Shown here: positions 1 to 9,728 of the stretch, piece by piece | Position numbering within the stretch: the first letter of the stretch is position 1 | How the letters are laid out: every line of letters starts with the position of its first letter | Origin: an uncultured Chloroflexia bacterium | Lineage (GTDB): Bacteria; Chloroflexota; Limnocylindria; Limnocylindrales; CSP1-4 | Reading direction: 5' to 3' | NCBI GenBank assembly: GCA_963816905.1 | Contig: CAWFMQ010000020.1 | Span: 1,862 to 65,861 of the forward strand | DNA: 64,000 nucleotides | Translations under genes and position numbers: made by a program | Notes under the pieces: model-generated | What the model saw: only the letters and a program-made list of their open reading frames with translations | Database searches by the model: none | Told to the model about the DNA's origin: nothing

Positions 1-1
1 T

Positions 2-1375
2 GTGGACAAGAACGGCGTCAAGATTCAGGAAGACAATACCTTGGTCGGGAAGGGGAATTATTACGTCGTGAAAATCGTATCCGAGAAATACGGAGAGAAG
101 ATCGGCATCCTGTCTATCGGCCAGGCAGGGGAGATGAGAATGGCCGCCGCCAATATTTCCGTGAAAGATCCTGACGGCAACATTCGCAGCCATGGTCGCG
201 GTGGCTTAGGTGCGGTGATGGGTTCGAAAAAGATCAAATACATTACCGTTGACGCGACGGACGGCCCCGGGGTCCAGATTGCGGATAAGGAGAAATTCAG
301 GAAAAGTTCTGTTCCCTTTGCCAAGGGGCTCGTAACGCATCCCGTCAGCGGAGAGTCCCTGAAACTGTACGGCACGGACGTGCTGGTGAATATCATGAAT
401 GAAGTGGGAGGACTGCCGACCCAGAATTTCAAGACCGGGCAATTCGCAGGCCATGAAAAAATAAGCGGCGAAACCCTGCATGATGTGATCGTCGACCGAA
501 AGGGCAATCCCAGCCATGTTTGTCATAAGGGGTGTGTGATCAAATGCTCCCAAGTCTACGTTGACAAGAATGGGAATTATGTCACGTCTGGATTTGAGTA
601 CGAGACGATTTGGGGATTTGGCGCGAATTGCCTCATCGACGACCTGGATATCATCGCCCAAGCAGACCACATCATGGACGATGTCGGGATCGACAGCATA
701 GAAACAGGGGCGGCCATGGGGGTTGCCATGGAAGCGGGAGTTCTGCCCTTTGGTGACGGCGCCGGCGTTCTCCGATTGCTGAAAGAAGTCGGCACGGTAC
801 GCCCTGGGCCGCATTCTCGGGTCGGGGACTGAAGGGGTCGGCAGAATGTACGGCATGATCCGGGTCCCGTGGTCAAGGGACAGGCGCTGTCTGCGTACGA
901 CCCCAGATCCGTAAAGGGCATGGGCATCACCTACGCCACCTCAACCATGGGCAGCGACCATACGGCAGGGTACTGCATCCCCGTCAACGTCTTGAAAGTG
1001 GGCGGCTTTGTTGATCCCCTGAAAAAGGAAGGGCAGGTAGATCTCTCGAGGCGGCTGCAGATGCGAACGGCATTGGTGGACAGTACCGGCCTCTGTATTT
1101 TCATCGGCTTCGCGACATTGGATGATCCTACTATGCTGACTCATTTGATCGGCATGCTCAATGCGAAGGATGGCGTGAATAAGACGGTCGATGAGTGGCT
1201 CGAGTTGGGAAAAGGGATTCTTTCGGCTGAGCATGAATTCAACCTTGCTGCCGGATTTACGAACAAGGACGACCGCCTCCCGGAATTCTTCGAGTACGAA
1301 CCCGTCCCGCCGCACAATGCCGTGTGGGATTTCACAGGGGAGGAGATCGACGCGTTCTGGAATTTCTTGAAAGAG
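2..1375 (+). pseudogene. aor: Aldehyde:ferredoxin oxidoreductase (tungstopterin AOR family), 5'-truncated by the window edge; frame broken by two compensating frameshifts (~795 and ~868)
   Basis: ORFs 2..832 and 869.. carry AOR-family sequence (GRGGLGAVMGSKKIKYI, MGSDHTAGYC, RLPEFFEYEPVPP). Between ~795 and ~868 the expected LGRILGSGTEGVGRMYGMIRVP reads only in another frame, so the TGA at 833-835 is a frameshift product. G+C is markedly lower than in the rest of the window. Confidence 0.8.
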
Positions 1376-2224
1376 GTCATCGTCATCGACAAGGACCGGA
1401 TGGTGACCTTCGCGAACCGGCTGGTTCCGCCGCGCTGGTCCGACGAGGCCAACCTGTTCGAGACCAGCGTCGCCGAGTCGTTCGGGGGCTTCCTCCGGGG
1501 GCAGGCGATCCAGGGCCTCGCCTACGGTGCGATCGCGGCCGTCGGCAGCGTGGTTCTCGGGATCGACTACGCGCCGGCCACCTCCGCCGCGGTGGCGCTC
1601 CTGCAGATGATCCCGTTCTTTGGTCCGTTCTTCTCCTGGTCGCCGCCCGTGATCGCGGCCGTCCTGACCAAGCCGGACGCACTGGTGCCGATCATCATCG
1701 TCATGGCCGTGGGCTGGTTCATCGTCATGAACGTCATCTCGCCTCGCGTGATGTCCGACTCGGTGCACATCCACCCGGTGGTCGTGCTCGTTTCGGTGCT
1801 CATCGGGATCAAGCTGCAGGGCGTCCTGGGCGCCGTGTTCGCGATCCCCGTGGCCGCGGTCATCTCCAGCTTCTTCTTCTTCTACCTCGGGAGGTCGGCG
1901 GGCGGGCAGAAGGACGTGGCCACGCGCGCGGCCATGCGCGTCGGCCAGCGCGAGGGTCGACGGGTGCGCGTCCCCACGCCCCCGCCGGTTTCGGCCGCGG
2001 GGTCCGCCGACACGTCCGTCGGCGCCGGGATCGCGGGGATCGCCGGGGCGGCTGTAACCGGTGCGCCACGGCCGGACGGTACCGGCGGAGGCTCGACCAA
2101 CGGAGCTGCGACCGGCGGAGGTCTGGGCGCGGAGAGCGGCCTGGGCGCGGAGAGCGCCTGGCTCGACGACAGTGGCGCCTCCCCGGCTGATCCGGTGGCA
2201 ACCGACCCGGCCGGGCGCTCGTGA
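1376..2224 (+). CDS. AI-2E family transporter (PerM/UPF0118-like), C-terminal ~280 aa only; the 5' part is replaced by AOR sequence
   Basis: Second half of ORF 869..2224: GFLRGQAIQGLAYGAIAAVGSVVLGIDYAPATSAAVALLQMIPFFGPFFSWSPPVIAAVL plus further hydrophobic helices typical of AI-2E permeases. It ends in a Gly/Ala/Ser-rich tail with a short tandem duplication (LGAESG x2, ~2121-2158). The abrupt G+C rise starts here. Confidence 0.7.
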   Translation, partial: VIVIDKDRMVTFANRLVPPRWSDEANLFETSVAESFGGFLRGQAIQGLAYGAIAAVGSVVLGIDYAPATSAAVALLQMIPFFGPFFSWSPPVIAAVLTKPDALVPIIIVMAVGWFIVMNVISPRVMSDSVHIHPVVVLVSVLIGIKLQGVLGAVFAIPVAAVISSFFFFYLGRSAGGQKDVATRAAMRVGQREGRRVRVPTPPPVSAAGSADTSVGAGIAGIAGAAVTGAPRPDGTGGGSTNGAATGGGLGAESGLGAESAWLDDSGASPADPVATDPAGRS

Positions 2225-3291
2225 CCGACGAGCCGGCCCCAGAACCGCGCCCGCCCGTGCGAGACGCCGCACCGGGTGCCGGCGGACCCATGGAGCGCAA
2301 CCGCTCCGAGCGCCGCGATGTGGACCGCGAGCGAGGCGAGCCACTCGCCGCAAGGGAGCGACGAACGCCCTCGCCGCGAGCGACCACCCAGAAGGCACGG
2401 CCGCTCGCGTCCTGGCCGTCCCGGCCCCGAATTCTCGTGACCAACGACGACGGGATCGAATCGCGAGGGCTGCTGGCCCTCAAGGTGGCGCTCGAATCCA
2501 TCGGGAACATCTATGTTGTCGCACCGGAAACCAACCAGTCGTCCGTCGGCCACCAGAAGACGCTCATGCGTCCGCTGCGTGTCAGGGAGCGCACGCTCGC
2601 GGACGGATCCACCGGGTGGTCGGTCGACGGGTCTCCCACCGACGCGGTGAGCCTGGCGTTCCTCGGCTTCTTCGACGTCGACTTCGACCTGGTCGCGTCG
2701 GGCATCAACTACGGGGCCAACCTCGGCGACGACGTGACGTACTCCGGCACGGTCAGCGCCGCGATGGAGGCGGTGATCAACGGCTGCCCGGCCTTCGCGA
2801 TCTCGCAGGAGTACTACGAGCACCCCGATTTCGCGCTCGCCGCCAGCATCTCCCACCTCGCGGCAGCCAACATCCTGGAACACGGCCTCGGGCCGGGGGA
2901 GCTGCTGAACATCAACGTCCCGGCGCTCCGCGCCGAGGACTGCGAGGGCGTCGAGGTGACGCGCATGGGAAAGCGCATCTACCAGGACGAGCTGATCGAG
3001 CGACGGGACCCCCGTGGCGTGCCCTACTACTGGATCGGCGGCCAGCCGCCGTCGGGACTCGCTGAGCCGGGCACCGACTTTCACGCGGTCGTCAACCGGC
3101 GGGTGGCGGTCACCCCGATCCAGTTGGACCTGACGGCCAGGAGGCTGCTCGGGCGGCTCCACGGCTGGTCGTGGGCACTCCCGGGGCGGTCGGCGACGCC
3201 GGCCGGGGAGGTTGAAACCGCGACGCTGGATGGCCGACAGGCCGGCCCACAGGTGACCGCGCAGGTCGAGCCGGGCGACGGGCGCCACTGA
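2221..3291 (+). CDS. surE: 5'/3'-nucleotidase SurE with an Arg-rich N-terminal extension (start uncertain)
   Basis: ILVTNDDGIESRGLLAL...VVAPETNQSSVGH...SGINYGANLGDDVTYSGTVSAAMEA is the SurE signature. The GTG at 2221 overlaps the upstream stop (GTGA). Confidence 0.9.
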   Translation: MTDEPAPEPRPPVRDAAPGAGGPMERNRSERRDVDRERGEPLAARERRTPSPRATTQKARPLASWPSRPRILVTNDDGIESRGLLALKVALESIGNIYVVAPETNQSSVGHQKTLMRPLRVRERTLADGSTGWSVDGSPTDAVSLAFLGFFDVDFDLVASGINYGANLGDDVTYSGTVSAAMEAVINGCPAFAISQEYYEHPDFALAASISHLAAANILEHGLGPGELLNINVPALRAEDCEGVEVTRMGKRIYQDELIERRDPRGVPYYWIGGQPPSGLAEPGTDFHAVVNRRVAVTPIQLDLTARRLLGRLHGWSWALPGRSATPAGEVETATLDGRQAGPQVTAQVEPGDGRH

Positions 3292-3668
3292 GGAAGGCGC
3301 CCACGGTTCTGCCCGCGCGGATCCGTGAGGCGGTCTCTCGGGTGGGAAGCATCGAGTCGTGCTCACGGCGGGAGACGCATGAAGACCCCGTCCTCCGCTC
3401 CTCGACGCGCTCATTGCCGAGGCCGAGGCGGGATGACGGCCGACGATCTCACCACGCGCGTCGAGACGGCCCTTGGCGGACTGGAGGCCGCCGGCCATCA
3501 CGTTGGCCGGCGGCTGCTCCGGCCTCTCCCCGCCGTCGTAACGCCGTGATCACGGTGGCCGTGGAGTCGGAGCGATCGGCGAGGCCGCCGTTGGCGGGCG
3601 GCGCGCTCGCGGAGACCCCGAGCGATGCGCGTCGCGTGGAGCGGTGTGGGAGGCTGCCGACGCGGCTG

Positions 3669-4688
3669 TCAGTCCATGTAGCCGAGCAAGCGCAGCTGCG
3701 GGCCGCAGATGGCCGACACCGCCGCTTGCTCAGACTCGGTCAGGTCGCGGCGCCACCGTCCCAGGGAAGTCGTGAAGACGGGCCCCCGATCGCGACCGAG
3801 ATGCGGCGCCCGCTGGCTGTTCGTCGTCACCGGCACTTCAACGCCCGACAGTGAGGTTGACGTCGGACGGCCGGCCGCCGTCACCATCGACGTGGGCCGG
3901 CCGGCATCAGCCGTGCTCGCGAAACCCGGGGTCCGCGCATCCGGGTCGGCCGCCAGCAGCTTGGGATTAAACGTCACGCCGACGAAGTCGCAGAGGGTGC
4001 GGAGGGTCTCCTCTGGCCGACCTACGAGGTCCTCGTAGCGGAGCTCGTGATACCGGGAGTAGCCGCGGAAGCGCAGGCCGTGCTCCGTGTCGCGCACCCA
4101 GTCGTGGGCATACCGCTCGATCGGGCGTGGGTGATGCACCCACACCCATCGGCCGTTGACCCAATGGCGGTCCGGATGCTCGCGAGCAGAACACACGACG
4201 TCGCGGCCATCGCGGATGACATGGACCAGCCGCGCCTCCGGGAAGCGCTCCGCGATCCACGCGAGATGACGGACGTTACGCGGCGTCTTCTCCGCCCAGC
4301 GGTCCTTCTGCTGCACGGCCCGAAAGCGCACGGAGAAGGCGTCGACCATGGCACCCTGGGAGGCACTCGAGCGGATCATCTCGCCAAGGGTCGGCGCGTC
4401 GATGCCCGAGAGGGCCGCCAGCGGCTCCAGCTGGAACCGGACCGGCAGGAACAGAGCCATCTCGGGCCCGCAGCAGATGGACGGGTGGCGGTCGAGGGTG
4501 CGGCGCAGCAGCGTCGTGCCGCTCCGAGGGGAGCCCCCGATCACGATGTGCGCCTCGTCACTGCGGTACGCGCGCATGCGCCAGCGGTGCTGCCGCACGC
4601 GTGCGGTGCGGTTGCGCAGCTTGTCGAGCACGGTCACGTCCGGCCCGCCCGCGGCGTGATCGCCAGTGTCACGCCGCGTCCATCCCAT
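3669..4688 (-). CDS. Sulfotransferase family protein (PAPS-dependent type)
   Basis: VIGGSPRSGTTLL (5'-PSB-like loop), WAEKTPRNVRHL, HVIRDGRDVVCS (3'-PB-like motif), and C-terminal SLGRWRRDL...LLGY. Confidence 0.85.
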   Translation of the reverse strand: MGWTRRDTGDHAAGGPDVTVLDKLRNRTARVRQHRWRMRAYRSDEAHIVIGGSPRSGTTLLRRTLDRHPSICCGPEMALFLPVRFQLEPLAALSGIDAPTLGEMIRSSASQGAMVDAFSVRFRAVQQKDRWAEKTPRNVRHLAWIAERFPEARLVHVIRDGRDVVCSAREHPDRHWVNGRWVWVHHPRPIERYAHDWVRDTEHGLRFRGYSRYHELRYEDLVGRPEETLRTLCDFVGVTFNPKLLAADPDARTPGFASTADAGRPTSMVTAAGRPTSTSLSGVEVPVTTNSQRAPHLGRDRGPVFTTSLGRWRRDLTESEQAAVSAICGPQLRLLGYMD

Positions 4689-4882
4689 CGCGCCAGCGGT
4701 AGCCGTCGCGCGAGGCGGAACGGTCTGGTCCTCGACACGGGGGCTACGATGATGGTCGCCCAGCGCACGCTGCGCAGGGCAGTCGTTTCCGGTCGCAGTG
4801 ACCTACCCCGACTGGGCGGGTCCGTCTGGGTGGTACAGATGACACGGATCGATCCACCCCACGTCGGTCCCGGTGGCCCAAC

Positions 4883-5887
4883 ATGATCCACCGGCGGGTG
4901 TGGCTGGATATCAAGAACTCCCCGGAGGTCCTCTTCTTCCGGCCCATCCTCCGGCGCATGCACGACGCGGGCGTTGAGACGGTCGTCACGTCGCGCGACT
5001 ACGCTCAGACCCTCGGGCTCCTCGATCTGTATGGCATCCCGCATACGCCGATCGGCCGGCACGGCGGCGGCGCCGTGGGCGGCAAGGCGATCAACCTCGT
5101 GCGGCGTAGCCTCGCTCTCGCTCGATTCGGCCGGCGCGGCGGCTTCACCCAGGCGGTCAGCATCGGCTCGAACGATCTCGCCGTGGCTGCTCGCCTGCTG
5201 CGCCTGCACAGCACCATTATCCAGGATTACGAGGGAGCCGAGCTGGAGCACCGGGTCAACTTCCTGCTCGCCGACAAGGTGATGTTCCCGGACGCCGTGC
5301 CGTTCGCCTCGCTCCGAAGACTCGGGCTCGACGCGCGGAAGTATCGGCCCTTCCCGGGGCTCAAGGAGCAGGTCACGCTCGCCGACTTCGAACCCGACCC
5401 GGACGTACCGGTGCGCCTCGGCCTCGACCAACGACGCCTCATCGCCGTGATGCGCCCGCCGGCGACCCTGAGTCTGTACCACCGCGGGATCCACAACACC
5501 ATCTTCGATGAGGCCCTCTGGTATCTGCTGGGGCGTAGGGTCCAGGTCGTGCTCCTGCCCCGCACGCCGGACCAGTCGCCCCGGTACGCGCAGGCGGGCG
5601 CGCTGATCCCCGAGCATCCGGTGGACGGCCCATCGCTGCTGTACGCTGCCGACGCCGTCATCAGCGCGGGCGGGTCGATGAACCGCGAGGCGGCGGTGCT
5701 CGGTGTCCCGACGTGGACGACCTTCGCCGGTGCCATGGGCGCGGTTGATGTGATGCTCATCGAGCGAGGGCGCATGCAGGTGCTCGACCGAGTGGGGCGA
5801 CTCGATGGCATCACGAAGCGGAGCCCGACGATGCCGTCGATCGAACCGCTCGCGGATCTGGTCACCGCGGAGATCCTGCGCCACTGA
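4883..5887 (+). CDS. DUF354 family protein (GT-B / epimerase-like fold, glycan clusters)
   Basis: VWLDIKNSPEVLFFRPILRRM...VVTSRDYAQTLGLLDLYGIPHTPIGRHGG...SAGGSMNREAAVLGVPTWTTF matches the DUF354 pattern as I recall it. Confidence 0.75.
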   Translation: MIHRRVWLDIKNSPEVLFFRPILRRMHDAGVETVVTSRDYAQTLGLLDLYGIPHTPIGRHGGGAVGGKAINLVRRSLALARFGRRGGFTQAVSIGSNDLAVAARLLRLHSTIIQDYEGAELEHRVNFLLADKVMFPDAVPFASLRRLGLDARKYRPFPGLKEQVTLADFEPDPDVPVRLGLDQRRLIAVMRPPATLSLYHRGIHNTIFDEALWYLLGRRVQVVLLPRTPDQSPRYAQAGALIPEHPVDGPSLLYAADAVISAGGSMNREAAVLGVPTWTTFAGAMGAVDVMLIERGRMQVLDRVGRLDGITKRSPTMPSIEPLADLVTAEILRH

Positions 5888-5900
5888 CAGTCCGCCGATG

Positions 5901-7232
5901 TCAGATCGTCGGTGATGGATCGAGCGCGAGCGCCGTTGAGAGCCGGTCATAGAGCTCAAGCAGCGTGGCTGCCTGGCGACGCCATGAGAACGGTCCGTGT
6001 GCCGCCGCGAAGCATGCTGCGCGATATTGCTCGCGGCGCGCCGGATCGGCGTCCAGGATCGTCCGGATGGCCCGCGCGATGTCGGCGGGGTCCGTCGGGT
6101 CACAGAGCTCGCCGCAGCCCGTCGAGCGGACGATCGGGGCCATCCCCGGGAGATCGCTTGCGACGACCGGCGTGCCTGCGCCCATGGCATCGAATAGCTT
6201 CGTGGGCGTGTTGAGGCGATGGTTGAGCGTGTCCCCCCGAACAGGCATCACGGCCACATCAGCCGCGGCGACGAGGGGCAGGACGTCCGGCGCAGGCACG
6301 GCGCCCGGGAATGCGATGCGGTCCGCATGCGGCAACGTCGCCGCGTGATCGCGATACCGCTCGTAGTCCGGGCCGTAGCCGGCCACGACCAACTCCGCGT
6401 CAGGCACCAGCGACATCGCGTGACAGAGCTCCCTGATCCCTCTCCCCGGGATCGCGAGGCCCAGATAGAGGACCACCGCCCGGTCGTCCGGCAGGCCCAG
6501 CAGCGCGTGCCAGCGGCGTTCCGGAGGGTCGCCTGGCATGAAGTCCGGCGGCCCGTTCCAGACGACGGTGGGTGAGCGACCCCATGCCCTGGCGAGTTCC
6601 TCGGCATACGGTGCGGACGCCGCGATCGTCGCGTCCGCAGACCGCGCCCATGCTCGTTCGCGCCATGCGAGCAGGGCGCGCCACGGACCGGGCAAGCGGG
6701 CGAAGCCCGCACTGTGCACATCGAGGTCCCTCGCGTCGTGCACGACGACGCCTCCAAGACGCCGCCGGAGCTCGAGGGCAACGGGCAACATGACCAACTC
6801 CTCGGCCTGCCAGATGTCGACCGCGGGGATCGACCGCCCGATCGCGTCCGCCCAGAGGTGCGCGAGGCGGAGGTACCGCACCGCCTGGATCCCCCGGCCG
6901 AGGCTTTCCGACACGACACGTCGGGCTCGCGGCGCGACAGCGCCAAGCCGTCCATCACGGCTGACAACGGGGGCCGATCGCTCGTGCACCGAGAGGCGAA
7001 CGCGCGGCAGCCGTGCCAACGGCGCGGGCTGCCTGAGCCGCACCACCGCGACGCTGCCGTCGGTCTCCCGTGACGGCTGTCCCTCGGCTTCGCGTGCCAC
7101 GACGGTCACCGAGTACCCAGCATCCGCGAGCGTGGACGCGATCTTCCGGCACCGCGTGTCGGCCACAAACGGGTTGTTGACGAGGATCGCCACGGAGCGC
7201 GACCGGCGATCCGTTCTGGTGGCCTCCGTCAT
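5901..7232 (-). CDS. Glycosyltransferase family 4 (GT-B)
   Basis: N-terminal VAILVNNPFVADTRCRKIASTLADAGYSVTVVA. C-terminal GT1/GT4 core: ...AADVAVMPV...NTPTKLFDAMGAGTPVVASDL. The ATG overlaps the upstream stop (ATGA at 7229-7232). Confidence 0.85.
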   Translation of the reverse strand: MTEATRTDRRSRSVAILVNNPFVADTRCRKIASTLADAGYSVTVVAREAEGQPSRETDGSVAVVRLRQPAPLARLPRVRLSVHERSAPVVSRDGRLGAVAPRARRVVSESLGRGIQAVRYLRLAHLWADAIGRSIPAVDIWQAEELVMLPVALELRRRLGGVVVHDARDLDVHSAGFARLPGPWRALLAWRERAWARSADATIAASAPYAEELARAWGRSPTVVWNGPPDFMPGDPPERRWHALLGLPDDRAVVLYLGLAIPGRGIRELCHAMSLVPDAELVVAGYGPDYERYRDHAATLPHADRIAFPGAVPAPDVLPLVAAADVAVMPVRGDTLNHRLNTPTKLFDAMGAGTPVVASDLPGMAPIVRSTGCGELCDPTDPADIARAIRTILDADPARREQYRAACFAAAHGPFSWRRQAATLLELYDRLSTALALDPSPTI

Positions 7233-8611
7233 GGCACCTCGTCCGCGAGCCGGCGATAGAGATCCACGAGTCCTCCGGCGTTGCGTTCCCAGGTGTATCG
7301 CGTCAGGGCGACCGTCCGGCAGTGGTGACGGAGCGCGAGCCTCTCGTCGGCCGGTCGGTCGATCAGTCCGGCGAGCGCGAGCACGATGGCATGCGGGTCG
7401 TCGATGTTAGCGCAGCTCCCGACGTGCTCAGCCGTGACCAGGCGGCACTGCTCATTGCCTTCGGCGACGACCACGGGGACCCCGGCCATGAGGCTCTCGA
7501 AGAGCTTGTTGGGCAGGTTCAGGCGGTGGTTGAGGGTACGGGGCGGCTGCCCGACGAACGAGACGTCGGCGCTCGCCGTCCAGTCGAGCAGCTCGGCGAC
7601 CGGGACTGCGGGCAGCACATGGAGGCGACCTGGCCACGCTCGCGCCGCGTTCTCCAGGTACGCCTGCAGACGACCGTACCCCATGAACACCAGCGCGACG
7701 TTGAGGGCTCGGATCAGCGGGTCATTGACGGCCGAGACGAGTTCCTCCAGCCCACGATCGATGCTGAAGCCGCCTTGGAACAGCACGATGGGCCGGTTCG
7801 GCTCGAGCGCCAACGCATCGCGCAGTCGATCCGAGTGCGGCGGTCCAAGCTCTGACGGGCGCCATGCCGGAGGGCAGTTCAAGAGCACGGCTGGGCGCTC
7901 GATGTGCCACCGGGTCGCGACCAGGTCGGCCACCGGGTCACTGACGGCGAGGAACCCAGCGGCGTCCCGCACCCACGCCTGCTCACGACGCCGGACGATG
8001 GCGCGAACGAGTCGCGGCATCCGAGCTACTCGCTCGGCTTCGGAGTGATAGTCCGCCACGTCGTAGACGAAGCGGGCGCCGCTGCGGCGCGCGGCGTCGT
8101 GCGCGACGGGCAGCGCGACGAACGACTGGCAGTGGAAGACGTCGGTCTCCGCGACCGCGCTGACGATGGCGTCGGTCCATGGCCCGACCCGACGAGCGAT
8201 CGCCACGATCTCCAGCGAGCGGCGGATCGGGTGACGCAGGCGGTCGAACCGGCGGGGAGTGGTCGGTGGTAGCGTCGCGATGTCTGGATCAAGCCCGAGG
8301 AGGCGCGAGACCACCCGCCGGAGCGAGCGGGGAAGGGGCTTCAGTGCGTCGCTGATCGGTCGCGAAACGTCCAACCTGAGAAGCCTCACAGCCGGCGCCA
8401 GCTGCTCGTCCGAGGGTAACCCATACCCTGACCAGGCCGCGACCGTGACGGCGTGGCCATCCTCGGCGAGCGACTCGGCCGTGCGCAGGAAGCGCGAGTC
8501 GAACTGGAATGGGTTCGCCGCGATGATAGTCACGCGCAGCGGCCGACGCGGCTTGAGCGTGCGGTCGATGGCCGTCGCCGACGTGATCCTGGAGACCGGC
8601 GGGCTACTCAC
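7229..8611 (-). CDS. Glycosyltransferase family 4, paralogue of 5901..7232
   Basis: RVTIIAANPFQFDSRFLRTAESLAEDGHAVTVAAW...NLPNKLFESLMAGVPVVVAEGNE. The GTG start at 8611 overlaps the wecB stop. The longer 507-aa ORF would overlap wecB and is unlikely. Confidence 0.8.
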   Translation of the reverse strand: MSSPPVSRITSATAIDRTLKPRRPLRVTIIAANPFQFDSRFLRTAESLAEDGHAVTVAAWSGYGLPSDEQLAPAVRLLRLDVSRPISDALKPLPRSLRRVVSRLLGLDPDIATLPPTTPRRFDRLRHPIRRSLEIVAIARRVGPWTDAIVSAVAETDVFHCQSFVALPVAHDAARRSGARFVYDVADYHSEAERVARMPRLVRAIVRRREQAWVRDAAGFLAVSDPVADLVATRWHIERPAVLLNCPPAWRPSELGPPHSDRLRDALALEPNRPIVLFQGGFSIDRGLEELVSAVNDPLIRALNVALVFMGYGRLQAYLENAARAWPGRLHVLPAVPVAELLDWTASADVSFVGQPPRTLNHRLNLPNKLFESLMAGVPVVVAEGNEQCRLVTAEHVGSCANIDDPHAIVLALAGLIDRPADERLALRHHCRTVALTRYTWERNAGGLVDLYRRLADEVP

Positions 8612-9728
8612 CTGTGCGACCTCCGCGCAACCTGTCGATGAGCACAGCTGCGATGCGCTCGGACGAATGACCGTCGCCGAAGACCGCTCGCGGTACGGCC
8701 ATACGCTCGTACTGCACCGGGTCCCGCAGCAACTCAAGGGTCCGCGCCACAATCGCGTCAGCGCCGCGCCCGACCAACAGAGCGCCCCCGGCCTCGACGG
8801 CCTCGGGCCGCTCGGTCGTGTGGCGCATTACGAGCACTGGCGTGCCCAACGCGGTCGCCTCCTCTTGCAGGCCGCCGGAATCGGTAAGGATCAGATAGGC
8901 CCGGCGGAGCAGCGCGACCATCTCGAGGTACGGCCGTGGTGCGAGCAGCGTCACGTTGGGGATCGCGGCGAGGCGCTCCCGCACCGGACCGTCGACGCGC
9001 GGGTTTGGATGCACGGGAAAGACGATCCTCACACTGTCGGGATGCTCCAAGGCGATCCTCGCCACGGCGTCACAGATCGACCGCAGTGGTGCCCCGAAAC
9101 TCTCCCGGCGATGCGCGGTCACCAGGACGAGCCGCCGCCCTGGCTCAAATTCCGCACATACCGGTAGTTCGCCCAGGGAGCCCTCGGTGGCCAGCCGGAG
9201 CGCGTCGAGCCCTGGGTTCCCGGTGACGTAGATGGTTCGACCCGCGACACGCTCGGCGAGAAGTCGCGCCCGCGCCGTCTCCGTGGGCGCGAAATGGATG
9301 GCGGCCAGGCTCGTGACGATTCGGCGGTTCGCCTCCTCCGGGAAGGGATGACGCAGATCGAAGGAGCGCAGCCCCGCCTCGACGTGAGCGATGGGGACCC
9401 GAACGTGGAAGGCGGCGATCGACGCCATCAGCGTCGTGGTCGTATCGCCCTGCACGACCACCCAGTGTGGTCGTTCGCCGGCGAGGATCGGCTCGATCCC
9501 TGCCAGGATCCGCGCGGCCAGGGCGTTCAGCGATTGCCCGGGCGTCATCGTATTGAGGTCGTGATCGGGGACGATCGAGAACGTCGCCAAGACGTCATCG
9601 ACGAGCTGGGCATGCTGCCGCGTGAGGCAGACAATCGTCTGGACGTCAGCCGCGCGAGACCGCAGGCCCAGTATGACCGGCGCGAGCTTGATCGCCTCGG
9701 GTCGTGTTCCCACGACCACCAGGATCAC
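8604..9728 (-). CDS. wecB: UDP-N-acetylglucosamine 2-epimerase (non-hydrolysing)
   Basis: VILVVVGTRPEAIKLAPV...HWVVVQGDTTTTLMASIAAFHVRVPIAHVEAGLRS...HPFPEEANRR...LLTDSGGLQEEA. GTG at 9728 preceded by GGAAGG. Confidence 0.9.
   Translation of the reverse strand: MILVVVGTRPEAIKLAPVILGLRSRAADVQTIVCLTRQHAQLVDDVLATFSIVPDHDLNTMTPGQSLNALAARILAGIEPILAGERPHWVVVQGDTTTTLMASIAAFHVRVPIAHVEAGLRSFDLRHPFPEEANRRIVTSLAAIHFAPTETARARLLAERVAGRTIYVTGNPGLDALRLATEGSLGELPVCAEFEPGRRLVLVTAHRRESFGAPLRSICDAVARIALEHPDSVRIVFPVHPNPRVDGPVRERLAAIPNVTLLAPRPYLEMVALLRRAYLILTDSGGLQEEATALGTPVLVMRHTTERPEAVEAGGALLVGRGADAIVARTLELLRDPVQYERMAVPRAVFGDGHSSERIAAVLIDRLRGGRTGE

Noticed and set aside
833-835. In-frame TGA inside the AOR gene as a possible selenocysteine or readthrough codon
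   Set aside because: The conserved AOR block around it (LGRILGSGTEGVGRMYGMIRVP) reads in a different frame. The TGA is therefore out of the true frame and is explained by two compensating indels.
941-3501. Long minus-strand ORFs 941..2398 (485 aa) and 1882..3501 (539 aa), antisense to the AI-2E transporter and surE
   Set aside because: They have extreme Arg/Pro/Gly/Ala composition and no recognisable motifs, and they lie opposite clearly homologous genes. These are typical stop-codon-poor antisense frames of ~70% G+C DNA. The same reasoning applies to 4634..6190(-), 10393..12162(+), 11331..13049(+), 13055..14644(+), 18098..19513(-), 19737..21763(+), 39435..41801(+), 42367..46065(+), 54298..56132(+), 59979..61124(+), 60950..63512(+) and similar track entries.
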